DNA of 64,000 nucleotides from SAR202 cluster bacterium. GTDB lineage: Bacteria > Chloroflexota > Dehalococcoidia > Lucifugimonadales > GCA-2712585. The translations under genes were made by a program, and so were the position numbers. Shown piece by piece: positions 9,655 through 19,548 of the stretch. Position 1 is the first letter of the stretch, and each line of letters starts with the position of its first letter. The notes under the pieces were generated by a model, which made no database searches, was not told the DNA's origin, and saw only the letters and a list, made by a program, of their open reading frames with translations. The stretch spans positions 66,314 through 130,313 of the forward strand of contig VGZZ01000002.1 in assembly GCA_016872285.1 (NCBI GenBank). The letters run 5' to 3'.

Positions 9655-11202
9655 TTACTCGCGTCCGTTGTAGGCGTAGAAGGGCTTCGGCATCTCTTGA
9701 GTCGTGCCAGTACTGGCGAAGAAGCGCTGCAGGTAGGGTTCGATCTGCGGGCGGAGTTCGCGCCAGGCGACCTTTTGGGGCAGCGGCGGCTTCTTGAAGG
9801 TCTTGGCGAGTTCCTTATAGAGAGCTTTCTTGTCTATCTTCGTAAGCCTCTTGCCCTTCATCACCACCTCGCCATCAACGACGACCGTGTCCACATCCAC
9901 GCCGCGGCCCCTATATAGAACGCCGTCTATGATGGACACGCTCGGATCCAGAAGCGGCGCTTCGATGTTGCCTAAGTCCATGAGTAGCATATCGGCGCGG
10001 CGGCCAGGTTCGAGGGCGCCGATGCTATCGGCGAAGCCGGTGGAGGCGGCGCCGTTTTCCCACACCATCTGAAACACTTCGTAGGAAGTGAGGGGACGTG
10101 CGTCGGTGCCGGGGACTCGGTGGAGCTTGTGGACCAGACGCATCTCCTGGAGCAGGTCCTTGTCGTCGTTGAGGCCTGCTTCGTCGGTGCCGATGGACAC
10201 GCGGACGCCAGCGTGCCGCAGCCGGGCGAGGGGCGTCACGCCGGCCTGAAGACGCAGGTTAGAGCTGGGGTTGGTAGCAACGAAGACACCGTGGCGAGCC
10301 ATGACATCGATATCTTTCTCCGTGGCCCAGACGCTGTGGACGCAGTCGACCTCGGGGCCGAGAAATCGCAGGTCTTGCAGGTGCCCAACAGGCGTCTTTT
10401 TCCAGGCCCACTGCCCGTAGAGCCTCTGCTGGTAGACCTCCACCACGTGGATATGTATGGAGGTGTCATGTTTGACCGCCAGGTCTTTGAGGGCGGTGAG
10501 GAGCGTGTCGGAGCATCGATGGACGTTGCCGGGGGCGACGTTGATATTGAGCCTGGAGCTTGCGCCGCTGTACTTCGAGAAAACATCTTCGTGGCGGGCG
10601 ATTAGCTCCTCCACAGGCAGATAGCCGGGCTTGAGAAAGTCCCAAAATCGTCGGCGAAGGTCGGGAGGCAGCGACGCGCTGAACTGCTCCTCGCCGCCAC
10701 GGGCGCCGGCGACGGTGGTGTTCTGGTCGACAACCTCGGGCGCGAAAGCGAGGCGCATGCCGGCGTCTAGGTAGGCTTTGATAACCTTGTCAGTGTGTTC
10801 AGGGATGATGGGTGGGAAACCGCGGCCGGGGTCGTAGATAACCTGGACAGTAGTGGTGCCGGTCTCAAGCATCTGGATGGCGCCATAGAGGTGCTCCAGG
10901 TATGGGTCTAGGTCCCAGGGTCCGGCCAGGGAAAAGCTCTCCATAGCCTTATCCGGCTGGCCGAGTTGGAAGAACGAGACGCCGGTGTGATAGTGGGAGT
11001 TGATGAGGCCGGGCATGACCACAAACCGCCTGGAGCCGATGTCTTCGACGTCAGGGTGTTTGGCTTTCAGCGTTCGGTAGTCGCCCACCTCTTTGATGCG
11101 CCCATCTTTCTGGTAGACAGCGCCGTCGTTGATGATGGTTGCGGAGGAGGGGCCGGTGATTTTGCAGATGACGTACTTGCCGTGGATAAGTGATGAAGGC
11201 AT
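9655..11202 (-). CDS. Metal-dependent amidohydrolase (chlorohydrolase/aminohydrolase-like, amidohydrolase_1 superfamily)
   Basis: ORF 9655-11238. The probable start is the ATG at 11202 (MPSSLIHGKYVI). It has the HxH motif (INSHYHTG) and later HVVE, and is TIM-barrel sized. Confidence 0.88.
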   Translation of the reverse strand: MPSSLIHGKYVICKITGPSSATIINDGAVYQKDGRIKEVGDYRTLKAKHPDVEDIGSRRFVVMPGLINSHYHTGVSFFQLGQPDKAMESFSLAGPWDLDPYLEHLYGAIQMLETGTTTVQVIYDPGRGFPPIIPEHTDKVIKAYLDAGMRLAFAPEVVDQNTTVAGARGGEEQFSASLPPDLRRRFWDFLKPGYLPVEELIARHEDVFSKYSGASSRLNINVAPGNVHRCSDTLLTALKDLAVKHDTSIHIHVVEVYQQRLYGQWAWKKTPVGHLQDLRFLGPEVDCVHSVWATEKDIDVMARHGVFVATNPSSNLRLQAGVTPLARLRHAGVRVSIGTDEAGLNDDKDLLQEMRLVHKLHRVPGTDARPLTSYEVFQMVWENGAASTGFADSIGALEPGRRADMLLMDLGNIEAPLLDPSVSIIDGVLYRGRGVDVDTVVVDGEVVMKGKRLTKIDKKALYKELAKTFKKPPLPQKVAWRELRPQIEPYLQRFFASTGTTQEMPKPFYAYNGRE

Positions 11203-11331
11203 GGGCAACCTCAAGTCGAAGTGAGGGGAGTGTACCAAATCGTCGGCTTTGACACTTCCCCACAGCCGTTGTTAGACTCACGGCGTTAGGCGAAATAATT
11301 ATATGGATGAAGTGTTCCCTAAGGAGGGGCT

Positions 11332-12675
11332 ATGTCTACGGCCAAGGCTTACCGGCGAGAAGAGGAGCGGCATTTCGCGCGCACGTCCAAATCTAGGCGG
11401 CTGGCGGAAGAGGCGAAGAAGTACCTGCCGGGCGGCAACACCCGCGCCGCCGCCTGGCTGGACCCCTATCCAGTCTTCGCCGTCCGCGGACAGGGCGCGC
11501 ATATCTATGACGCCGACGGCAACAAGTACCTCGACTTCCTGATTAACGCCACCAGCCTGATACTGGGCCACGCGCATCCGGCGGTGGTGTCGGCGCTGCA
11601 GGAGCAGGCGACGATGGGGACCGCCTTCGCCAATCCCACAGAGTCGCAGGTGCGGCTGGCGAAGATGCTGTGCGAGCGAGTGCCCTCCGTGGAGCGCGTG
11701 CGGTTCACCAACTCGGGCACTGAGGCGACCATCAACGCTATCCGCGCCGCCCGAGCCTACACGGGACGCCCCAAAATCGCGAAGTTCGAAGGCACCTACC
11801 ACGGTGTGTACGACTATGTGTCCGTCAGCGTGAAGCCGCCGCTGGACAAGGCGGGGAGGAAGAACGCGCCCAAGGCCGTGGCCGGAGACCCCAGCGTGAC
11901 TGCGTCGGTGGTGAAGGACGTGGTGATTCTGCCGTTCAATGACCTGGAATCGAGCGAGAAGATACTTCGCAAACATGCGCATGAGCTGTCGTGCGTCATC
12001 ATGGAACCGATTGTGTCCATGCTGGGGTATGTGGTCGGCGATCTGGAGTTCCTGCAAGGCATCCGCCGCATAACTGAGGAACTGGAGATTGTGCTGATAT
12101 ATGACGAGGTGCAGAGTTTGAGACTTGGCCGGGGCGGCGCGCAGGAGATGTATGGGGTGAGGCCGGACCTTAGCACCTTTGGAAAGACTATTGGCGGCGG
12201 TTTGCCCGTGGGGGCTTTTGGCGGGAAGAAGGAGATTATGGCGCTGTTCGACCCATCGGAGGGGAACGCGGCGCTGCCCCACGCGGGGACGTTTAACGCC
12301 AACCCTATGACTATGGTGGCGGGGGCTACGGTGCTGGAGCACCTAACGCCTGGTATCTACAAGAGGTTGAACAGCCTGGGCGACAGGGCCAGGCAGAAGC
12401 TGCAGGCGACTTTCGACGAGATGGACGTGCCTGCCAAGTTAACCGGCGTAGGGTCGTTGTACGGCATCCACTTCACCGACAAGCCTGTGAAGGACTATCG
12501 CGACGCCGCCAGGGCGGACCAGGAACTAAGAAAGTGCCTGGTGCTAGGACTGCAGAACGAGGGCGTCATCCTTTACGAGCGGGCTACGGGCGCGATAGCC
12601 GTGCCCCATAGCGATGACGACGTCGACTTGCTAGTGGAGGCTACTCGAAAGGTTATCCAGAGGGCGAGGGGCTAG
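11332..12675 (+). CDS. Class III aminotransferase (glutamate-1-semialdehyde aminomutase-like)
   Basis: 447 aa. It has the LPGGNTR block, YDEVQS and the PLP-lysine context STFGKTIGGG. An SD (AAGGAGGGG) lies upstream. Confidence 0.92.
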   Translation: MSTAKAYRREEERHFARTSKSRRLAEEAKKYLPGGNTRAAAWLDPYPVFAVRGQGAHIYDADGNKYLDFLINATSLILGHAHPAVVSALQEQATMGTAFANPTESQVRLAKMLCERVPSVERVRFTNSGTEATINAIRAARAYTGRPKIAKFEGTYHGVYDYVSVSVKPPLDKAGRKNAPKAVAGDPSVTASVVKDVVILPFNDLESSEKILRKHAHELSCVIMEPIVSMLGYVVGDLEFLQGIRRITEELEIVLIYDEVQSLRLGRGGAQEMYGVRPDLSTFGKTIGGGLPVGAFGGKKEIMALFDPSEGNAALPHAGTFNANPMTMVAGATVLEHLTPGIYKRLNSLGDRARQKLQATFDEMDVPAKLTGVGSLYGIHFTDKPVKDYRDAARADQELRKCLVLGLQNEGVILYERATGAIAVPHSDDDVDLLVEATRKVIQRARG

Positions 12676-12704
12676 GACAAGCGCAAGCAGCAACCGTCCA
12701 GCGG

Positions 12705-14540
12705 TCATCGGGGCAGGTGGTAGGGGACGCTCACGACGATGATATGCCGCTGGAAGAGCAGGGCGCCTTTTATGAAGAGGGCGGTCTGGTTGTGCAGGAA
12801 CTGCTGCCACCACCGCCTCGGCACAAACTCGGGTATGACTACCACGACACGCTGATGGGGACTCTCCTCGGCGACTTTATGTATGTATTGGACTAGCGGC
12901 GAAACGACGGCCCTGTATGGTGACGGCAGGAAGATAAGGTTCAGGCCCTGGCTTATCCTCGACCAGCGGTCCCTGACCGATTGCGCCGCCACCTCGTCCA
13001 CCGTGACGTGCACCGCCCGGACATCGGCGGCGATGGACCTGGCGTAGTCAATGGCCGGCAGGACTGCGCGATGGACGGCGCCGATAGGAACGATGGCGAT
13101 GATTCCGGTCATGCGCTCCAGGGAAGTCTCGCGCTCCAGGGAAAGGGCGTCGGCCACGGCGGTGTAGTGGTTGCGGATAGCGTAGAAGAGAAGGATGAGA
13201 AGAAAGATTACTAACACAATAATCCAGGCGCCCACCCAGGTGCCCGGAGCGAACTTGACCACGGTGATTTCGACAAGTACCACGCCTGTGACAATCGCGC
13301 CGATGCCGTTGATGATGAGTCCGCTCCGCCAGCCCTTCTCTCGATTCTTTAGCCAGTAAGAGACCATACCACTCTGAGTAAGCGTGAAACCTACGAACAC
13401 GCCTATGGCGTAGAGAGGGATAAGGCTATGGGTATTGGCATTGGAGAGGATGATAAGAATCACGGAGAAGAAGGCGAGAGTAAGGATGCCGTTGAAGTAC
13501 ACCAGCCTGTCGCCCAGGTTGGCCAGGGGCCTGGGTAGGTAGCCGTCGCGGGCCATGATGGCGGAGAGACGGGGGAAGTCGGCAAAGGCGGTATTGGCGG
13601 CCAGGAGGAGTATCAGGGTAGTGCTGGTGAGAACAATGTAGTAGAAGATGTTGACTCCCAGGCTGGCCTTGGCGACCTGCGATACCAGGGTCTCGCTGTC
13701 CGAGTGCCCGATGTCGAAAAGGTAGGTGAGAAGGGAGATGCCCATGAAGAGGGCAGCCATGATAACGCCCAGCATCAGCAAGGTGACGCGGGCGTTATGG
13801 GAGACCGGCGCCTTAAAAATGGTGGTGGCGTTGGACACAGACTCGATACCCGTCAGGGCCACACAGCCGGCGGCGAAGGCCCGGAGCAAGAGAAGAATGC
13901 CGATGGCGCCGGAGGTCTGAGAGACCTGGTTTATGTCAACCGTGGCGGGCGTCCCATGGACCAGATACCTGAAGACGCCTATTCCAGTCATCACGATCAA
14001 GCAGATGATAAAGAGGTAAACGGGCAGGGCAAAGGCGAAAGCCGATTCCCTGACGCCTCGAAGGTTTAGCACCGTTAGGCCGAGTATAAGAGCAATGGAA
14101 ACGGACACCTTATGGTCGGCGAACTCGGGAAAGGCGGAAGCCAGGGCCGCCACGCCGGCGGAGACGGACACGGCCACGGTCAGGACGTAGTCTATGAGAA
14201 GTCCCGCGCCTGCTATCAGGCCCCAGGGGACTCCCAGGTTCGTCTTGGCGACGGTGTAGGAGCCTCCGCCGCCTGTATACACGCGAACGACCTGCTGGTA
14301 GGAGAAGACGACGATGAAATAGAGCGCGACAATGGCCAGGCTGACAAAAAGCGCGTAGGTGAGGCCCCTGGCGCCTGTGTCTCCAAAGGCGATAAGGATT
14401 TCTTCCGAGGCGTAGGCGGAAGAGGACAGGGGGTTGGCGGAGAGGATGACAAAGGCTAAAGGCACCGCCAACCGCTGAATGGCGCTCTGAGAGGTGGCCA
14501 GGGGATACCCGAAGACCAGGTGTCGCAGGGCGTTGAGCAT
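12705..14540 (-). CDS. APC-family permease with C-terminal cytoplasmic domain
   Basis: 611 aa. About 12 hydrophobic segments are followed by a ~150-aa soluble tail. The N-terminal region resembles amino-acid/polyamine permeases. Confidence 0.88.
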   Translation of the reverse strand: MLNALRHLVFGYPLATSQSAIQRLAVPLAFVILSANPLSSSAYASEEILIAFGDTGARGLTYALFVSLAIVALYFIVVFSYQQVVRVYTGGGGSYTVAKTNLGVPWGLIAGAGLLIDYVLTVAVSVSAGVAALASAFPEFADHKVSVSIALILGLTVLNLRGVRESAFAFALPVYLFIICLIVMTGIGVFRYLVHGTPATVDINQVSQTSGAIGILLLLRAFAAGCVALTGIESVSNATTIFKAPVSHNARVTLLMLGVIMAALFMGISLLTYLFDIGHSDSETLVSQVAKASLGVNIFYYIVLTSTTLILLLAANTAFADFPRLSAIMARDGYLPRPLANLGDRLVYFNGILTLAFFSVILIILSNANTHSLIPLYAIGVFVGFTLTQSGMVSYWLKNREKGWRSGLIINGIGAIVTGVVLVEITVVKFAPGTWVGAWIIVLVIFLLILLFYAIRNHYTAVADALSLERETSLERMTGIIAIVPIGAVHRAVLPAIDYARSIAADVRAVHVTVDEVAAQSVRDRWSRISQGLNLIFLPSPYRAVVSPLVQYIHKVAEESPHQRVVVVIPEFVPRRWWQQFLHNQTALFIKGALLFQRHIIVVSVPYHLPR

Positions 14541-14586
14541 GAATTATCTGCGGTCCAATGACGCGGCGGAAGGCGTCATAGCTGTC

Positions 14587-15552
14587 TTACTTTTTTCGGA
14601 CCAGCTTTTGCAAAGTACGCAACTCCTGGCGTTGACCGTCCTTGTGCTGGCTTAACAGGCTCTGGACTAGCTCAGGGCTTAGATTCGCCTTTGGGACTTC
14701 AGCCACGTACATGTCACCTCGCGAGTCTATGGCTATGCCGTGGGGGGTAAGGAACTGGCCGGCGCCTTCGCCTAAATGCGGGTCGCCCAGTCGGTGCAGC
14801 TCTTTACCCTTCCTATTAAAAATGGTAACACAGTGGCCTACGCCCGGGGCGTCCTGGATGTAGGGCGGTGCGGACATCTGGGCCACGTAGACTATGCCGT
14901 CGGCGTCCAGGGCCAGGCCGGCGGCGCGCCAGATGTTGCCCCAGACAGCCTGGAGCTTGCCCTTGGCGTCGAAGACCTGCATACGATGATTTTCCCGGTC
15001 GGCTATGTAGATGAACTCATCTTTGTCGATGACCACATTGTGGGGCACCACAAACTGGCCCTTCTCAGTGCCGGCCTCGCCCCAGGAGTAGAGCAGCTTG
15101 CCCTCGGGGCTGTAGCGATGGACGCGGGCGTTGCCATAGCCGTCGGCGACGAAGAGGTCGCCGGAGACGGGAGACACGGCCATATGGGCGGGCCGGTTGA
15201 AGGGCCGGCCGCTGAATCGCGGCGACTCTCCACCCAGGGTAAAGAGCAGCTTGCCTTCTGGAGAGAACTTGCGGATAACGTGGTCTCTAACGTCGGAGAG
15301 GTAGACGGAGTCGTCGGGTGATATGCTGATGCCGTGGCGGCCATGAATAATGTCCTGGCCGAAAGAGCGTAAGAAGTTGCCGTGGCGGTCGAAGACAATG
15401 ACGGGGCGCTGGCCGTTGCAGTAAACGTAGACCTGGTCTTTGGAGTCCACCGCCACGCCGACGCAGTCGCCGAAGAGCCAGCCGGGCGGGAGCTTAGCCC
15501 AGCCCTCCAGGGGTTCAAAGCTCAGGGACTTTGCAGATTTCGCGGTAGCCAT
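14587..15552 (-). CDS. NHL-repeat beta-propeller protein (peptidyl-alpha-hydroxyglycine lyase-like)
   Basis: 321 aa with repeated GxFxxPHGIAxDxxGxxYVAD-type blades. An AGGAGG SD lies upstream. Confidence 0.88.
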   Translation of the reverse strand: MATAKSAKSLSFEPLEGWAKLPPGWLFGDCVGVAVDSKDQVYVYCNGQRPVIVFDRHGNFLRSFGQDIIHGRHGISISPDDSVYLSDVRDHVIRKFSPEGKLLFTLGGESPRFSGRPFNRPAHMAVSPVSGDLFVADGYGNARVHRYSPEGKLLYSWGEAGTEKGQFVVPHNVVIDKDEFIYIADRENHRMQVFDAKGKLQAVWGNIWRAAGLALDADGIVYVAQMSAPPYIQDAPGVGHCVTIFNRKGKELHRLGDPHLGEGAGQFLTPHGIAIDSRGDMYVAEVPKANLSPELVQSLLSQHKDGQRQELRTLQKLVRKK

Positions 15553-15684
15553 ACACGCAGCCTCCTAGTTGTTGTGGAGCGGCGGCGCCGCATTAACAGA
15601 CGGCGACGGCTGATATCCTACTCCGTTATAGGAGACCCTACAAATCCTGCCCTACAAGTTCTACCGCTTAGGCGAAGAAGCCGG

Positions 15685-15999
15685 CTATTCGATAAGGGTG
15701 AAATACTCCTGGGCGCCGAAGTCCATAATCGCCTGAAACTCTGGAAACCACTGTCGGAATTCGTCAGAGCCCGTCAGCCTGCGATGGGTCTGAATAAACT
15801 GGTCAAAGCTGTCGAATTCCCGTTCGAATATAAAGGTGCCCTGTCTGCCTGAAACGCCTTGAAGAATTTGCGCTTTGGGAGCGCCATATTTGGCCGACAT
15901 CTCATTTATCTTCTTCAGCATCTCTACAGCCTTAACGCTGGCGCCGTACCTGGTGTGAAGGACAATGCGTTCTCTGTACACCAAACTTCTCCTTATCAT
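15685..15999 (-). CDS. Hypothetical protein (NIPSNAP/dimeric alpha-beta-barrel-like)
   Basis: ORF 15685-16044. The internal ATG at 15999 (MIRRSLVYRERIVL) gives a ~104-aa product of typical size. The family assignment is tentative. Confidence 0.55.
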   Translation of the reverse strand: MIRRSLVYRERIVLHTRYGASVKAVEMLKKINEMSAKYGAPKAQILQGVSGRQGTFIFEREFDSFDQFIQTHRRLTGSDEFRQWFPEFQAIMDFGAQEYFTLIE

Positions 16000-16169
16000 C
16001 TTATAGACTTTTGGCAAGAGGGCCGACGGCGGGAGATTATACAAACATCTAGGACAGGAAACCTACTATGATACGACTCGGATATTGATTGGATTTACTT
16101 ATTCGCCTAAAATCCAGCCAAATCTCGTGTTTGTCGCAGCTTTCACTTCCGCTGAAAGGTGGTCAGGCC

Positions 16170-17363
16170 ATGTCTATGAACTTGCTTATACGGAATGTAA
16201 GGCTTATCGACGGCAGCGGCGCGCCGCCTATCCCTTCCGTCAATGTGGCGGTGGAGGATGGAGTTATCAGATGGATAGGAGAGGGACGGCTCAACCCTTC
16301 CAGGCATCCGCATTATGAGGACATTAACGCGGAAGACCTGACGCTGGTGCCCGGCTGGTTTGACTGCCATGAGCATTTCAGCGGGGACGGCGGTCAAAAC
16401 GGCGTCATGCAGATGGACGTGGATAGGGACAGCCGGGAAGTGATCTTTTTTAGGGCCGCGGCGAACGCGCATCGGGCCTTGTTATCGGGACAGACCTCGG
16501 CGCGGGACGTGGGGTCGCCGTACGGGATAGGAATCACATTGGCGAGGGCCGTGGCGGCAGGGTCGCTGCCGGGGCCGAGGATAACCGCCTCAGGCCAGTG
16601 GATTCAGATGCCGACGACATGGCCTTATGGAATTGTTCGGACTGTGGAGAGCGCCGAGGAGATGCGGAAGGTGATAAGAGACCAGATAGCCCAGGGTGCG
16701 GGGCTTATCAAGGTGGGCGCCACGGGTGTCAGGGAGGATGGGACGGGCTACGGAACACTAGGCCCCAAGATAGCCAAACTGGTGGCGGACATGGCCCACA
16801 AGGCGGGGCTTAAGGCCGCCGCCCACTGCGTGGGCGGGTTCGAGGGGACGTACCAGGCGGTGGCGGCTGGCATCGACTCGATTGAACACTGCTCACACGT
16901 GGACGAAAAGACAGCCAAGCTCATGGAGAAGAACGGCACCTTTGGTGTGCCGACGATGTCGACTTTCGACTACCGGCTGAGCCATGCCAAGGTGTGGGGT
17001 CTGCTAAAAGACGAGATAGCCGCGTCGGAAGCGAGAAGGGACGCCTCAGTCAAGAGCTTTAAGAATATGCTGAAACACGGCGTGAAGGTCGCCTGCGGCA
17101 CCGACGCGGGGGGGTCGCCGGTGCGACACGGCACCGCCGTCCACGAGATGGAGGTGATGGTGCGGTACGGGATGACGCCCATGCAGGCCCTGGAGTCGGC
17201 GACGCGGCTGGCGGCGGAGCTGGTGGGGACGTTGGACCATGTGGGGACAGTGGAGCCAGGCAAGCTGGCGGACATGGTGCTGGTGGACGGAGACCCGCTA
17301 TCCGATATCGGCAGCCTGCGGAACGTCTGGGCGGCGTTCCAGGGGGGGCGGCGGATAAGGTGA
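16170..17363 (+). CDS. Metal-dependent amidohydrolase (imidazolonepropionase/prolidase-like)
   Basis: ORF 16089-17363. The ATG at 16170 (MSMNLLIRNVRLIDGSG) is preceded by AAAGGTGG. It has the HEH motif (FDCHEHF), and the C-terminus GKLADMVLVDGDPLSDI is typical. Confidence 0.9.
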   Translation: MSMNLLIRNVRLIDGSGAPPIPSVNVAVEDGVIRWIGEGRLNPSRHPHYEDINAEDLTLVPGWFDCHEHFSGDGGQNGVMQMDVDRDSREVIFFRAAANAHRALLSGQTSARDVGSPYGIGITLARAVAAGSLPGPRITASGQWIQMPTTWPYGIVRTVESAEEMRKVIRDQIAQGAGLIKVGATGVREDGTGYGTLGPKIAKLVADMAHKAGLKAAAHCVGGFEGTYQAVAAGIDSIEHCSHVDEKTAKLMEKNGTFGVPTMSTFDYRLSHAKVWGLLKDEIAASEARRDASVKSFKNMLKHGVKVACGTDAGGSPVRHGTAVHEMEVMVRYGMTPMQALESATRLAAELVGTLDHVGTVEPGKLADMVLVDGDPLSDIGSLRNVWAAFQGGRRIR

Positions 17364-17494
17364 CGGACAACCCCCTAGCCGCAAATGTGACAAGACTTCT
17401 CGTTACGCCTTCCGCATAAAACAAGCCTTGCGCAGCGTGAAGCCACTATAGCGTGGAGCGGGCTAGAGTAAATCACCCGTATATTATCATGCCA

Positions 17495-17522
17495 TTGACA
17501 AGATGGTGTTCTGGCCCATAAG
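17495..17522 (+). promoter_or_regulatory. Candidate sigma70-type promoter for the substrate-binding protein gene
   Basis: TTGACA (17495-17500), a 16-nt spacer, then CATAAG (17517-17522), about 80 nt upstream of the ATG at 17603. Confidence 0.3.
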
Positions 17523-17602
17523 ATGCCGCTCATTGGGACAGATTCGCCCACTTTGCGTCCGGTCAAGCCGCGCTTGGTAAAATTGGCCCTGGAGGCGATA
17601 TC

Positions 17603-19426
17603 ATGAGATTCCCCCGCTGGTCGTCACGTTTGAGTCTCTTTAGCGTTCTTGCCCTGTTTAGCCTTTTCACGCTGCTGATAGTGGGCTGCGGAGATGATGA
17701 AACCCCCACCGCGACCACTAGGCCCGGGGTCACGGCTAGCCCCACCGCTACGGCCACAGCTACGTCAAGGCCCAGCCCTACCAACACTCCCACCAGCGCT
17801 CCTAAGGTGGCTGTAGAGTCAAGGTTGAAGGTGGCCATACCAACTCCGAGCTTCCAGGTCACTATGGTGCACCTGATGAACCAAATTTCGGCTCGCATTA
17901 TGCCTCAGTACGACTACCTGGTAGGCCACCACCACCAGACCAATGAAGAGATGCCTCAATTGGCCAGGGGATGGACAATGGGCCCTGACGGCAAAGCTTT
18001 TAACTTCAAGCTGCGTTCGGGCATTCCGTACTATCGTGACGGCAAGCCTATACCTGGGATGACCATGACGGCTAAAGACGTTATCCTGGCCTTTGGGCTG
18101 GCTGCGGGAAAGGACAGTCAAAAAACTGTTCAAGTTAGGCCGGAATTCGGCGGAAAAGTTGATGCCGATATTGTTGATGATCAAGAACTAAATCTTCGCC
18201 TGGCCTTCCCAAGCCCGGACCTATTGTTCCTGATCTCAGATGAATATGCAGTTGGGGTAGTCAGCAAAGACCACTGGGACAAGACGGGTGGTGAAGAAGG
18301 CTATCAGAAGGACCCCATAGGCAACGGTCCCTGGAGCATGGTGGAACTCAAGACTAACGAATACGTGCTCCACAAGAGGAATGAAAATCACTACCGCAAG
18401 ACGCCTGATTTTGCGGAGGCCCAATTCCTCTTTGTTAAAGAGGCGGCTACCCGTCTGGGCATGATTATTAACAAAGAGGCCCATATAGTTTCTGTTCCTA
18501 GGGGCATACAGCAGCAGGCCAAGGATGCCGGCATGGTGGTCTATAAGAGTACCCTGCCAGCAGTCCACGTGCAGCTAAGGTTTTCCTGGTTCAAGCCTGA
18601 AAACTACATAGATCCGGCTACGGGCAAGCGTCCTACCGGAGCAAAGGACCAGGGCACTACGGTTAGAGGCTATGATCCGAACGACCCGCTTCGCAAGCTG
18701 GAAGTCCGCAAGGCTATTAACCTGGCCATTGACCGTGACAAGATTAACAAGACCTTCTACAAGGGTGAAGGCTTCCCTGAAGTCGACTACTTCCCGCCCT
18801 GGCGTAACGACTTCAAGGACGAGTGGGCCCCTATCCCCGGCCCTGAAGGGAAGACCGGCAAGGCCGGCGGATGGCCGTATCCGTACGATCCCGCCACGGC
18901 CAAGCAGCTCATCTCCGCCCTTTATCCTCAGCGTATGAAGACAACTATCGTGGTCGGCAACAACCAGGACGTGAACCAGGAGCAACCTGATGTGGCCGAG
19001 GCAATTGCTGGAATGCTTAAGGAAGTGGGTATAGATGTGACCCTTGATGCGAAGCCTGTGGCCGACGTGCTCGAAATGTGGTCACAACGCGACCGAGCTA
19101 ACACTTCATACCTAATCTCCCCGTCTTTGGACCCTGCTTGTGTAGTGCCCACCTTCATATGGTGGAAAGGAGCGCGGGGAGTCCAGGACTTTGACGAGAT
19201 AGTCAAGCTAAAGGAAGACTGCGACAAGACGATGGACCCAGAAGCCAGGCGCAAACTGGCCCAGGGCTTTGGCGACTGGTGGGTGAAGAACTACATCAGC
19301 GCGCCTATCGTCTGGCTCTTCGCGGACGCTACTGTTAACCCGGCTGTGGTGCAGGAGTACAAGGTCAACATGCTGCACATGGGGCCAGTCCGCTACCATG
19401 AGTACACCAAGCCTGTGCTAAAGTAA
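17603..19426 (+). CDS. ABC transporter substrate-binding lipoprotein, family 5 (peptide/nickel/opine type)
   Basis: 607 aa. It has a signal peptide with lipobox LLIVGC followed by a Thr/Pro/Ala-rich tether, and an SBP_bac_5-like body. A GGAGG SD lies upstream. Confidence 0.92.
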   Translation: MRFPRWSSRLSLFSVLALFSLFTLLIVGCGDDETPTATTRPGVTASPTATATATSRPSPTNTPTSAPKVAVESRLKVAIPTPSFQVTMVHLMNQISARIMPQYDYLVGHHHQTNEEMPQLARGWTMGPDGKAFNFKLRSGIPYYRDGKPIPGMTMTAKDVILAFGLAAGKDSQKTVQVRPEFGGKVDADIVDDQELNLRLAFPSPDLLFLISDEYAVGVVSKDHWDKTGGEEGYQKDPIGNGPWSMVELKTNEYVLHKRNENHYRKTPDFAEAQFLFVKEAATRLGMIINKEAHIVSVPRGIQQQAKDAGMVVYKSTLPAVHVQLRFSWFKPENYIDPATGKRPTGAKDQGTTVRGYDPNDPLRKLEVRKAINLAIDRDKINKTFYKGEGFPEVDYFPPWRNDFKDEWAPIPGPEGKTGKAGGWPYPYDPATAKQLISALYPQRMKTTIVVGNNQDVNQEQPDVAEAIAGMLKEVGIDVTLDAKPVADVLEMWSQRDRANTSYLISPSLDPACVVPTFIWWKGARGVQDFDEIVKLKEDCDKTMDPEARRKLAQGFGDWWVKNYISAPIVWLFADATVNPAVVQEYKVNMLHMGPVRYHEYTKPVLK

Positions 19427-19452
19427 TCCTGGAGTCGGATTAGGAGACGTTT

Positions 19453-19485
19453 AGCCGCCCCGGTTGTCCGGGGCGGCTTCTTTTT
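19453..19485 (+). terminator. Rho-independent terminator
   Basis: AGCCGCCCCGG-ttgt-CCGGGGCGGCT followed by TCTTTTT, about 27 nt after the stop at 19426. Confidence 0.85.
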
Positions 19486-19548
19486 GCGCATTGGCCGCGG
19501 CACAGTCGAAATCGATATAATTCAGCCACTGTCATCAGGAGACTTCAT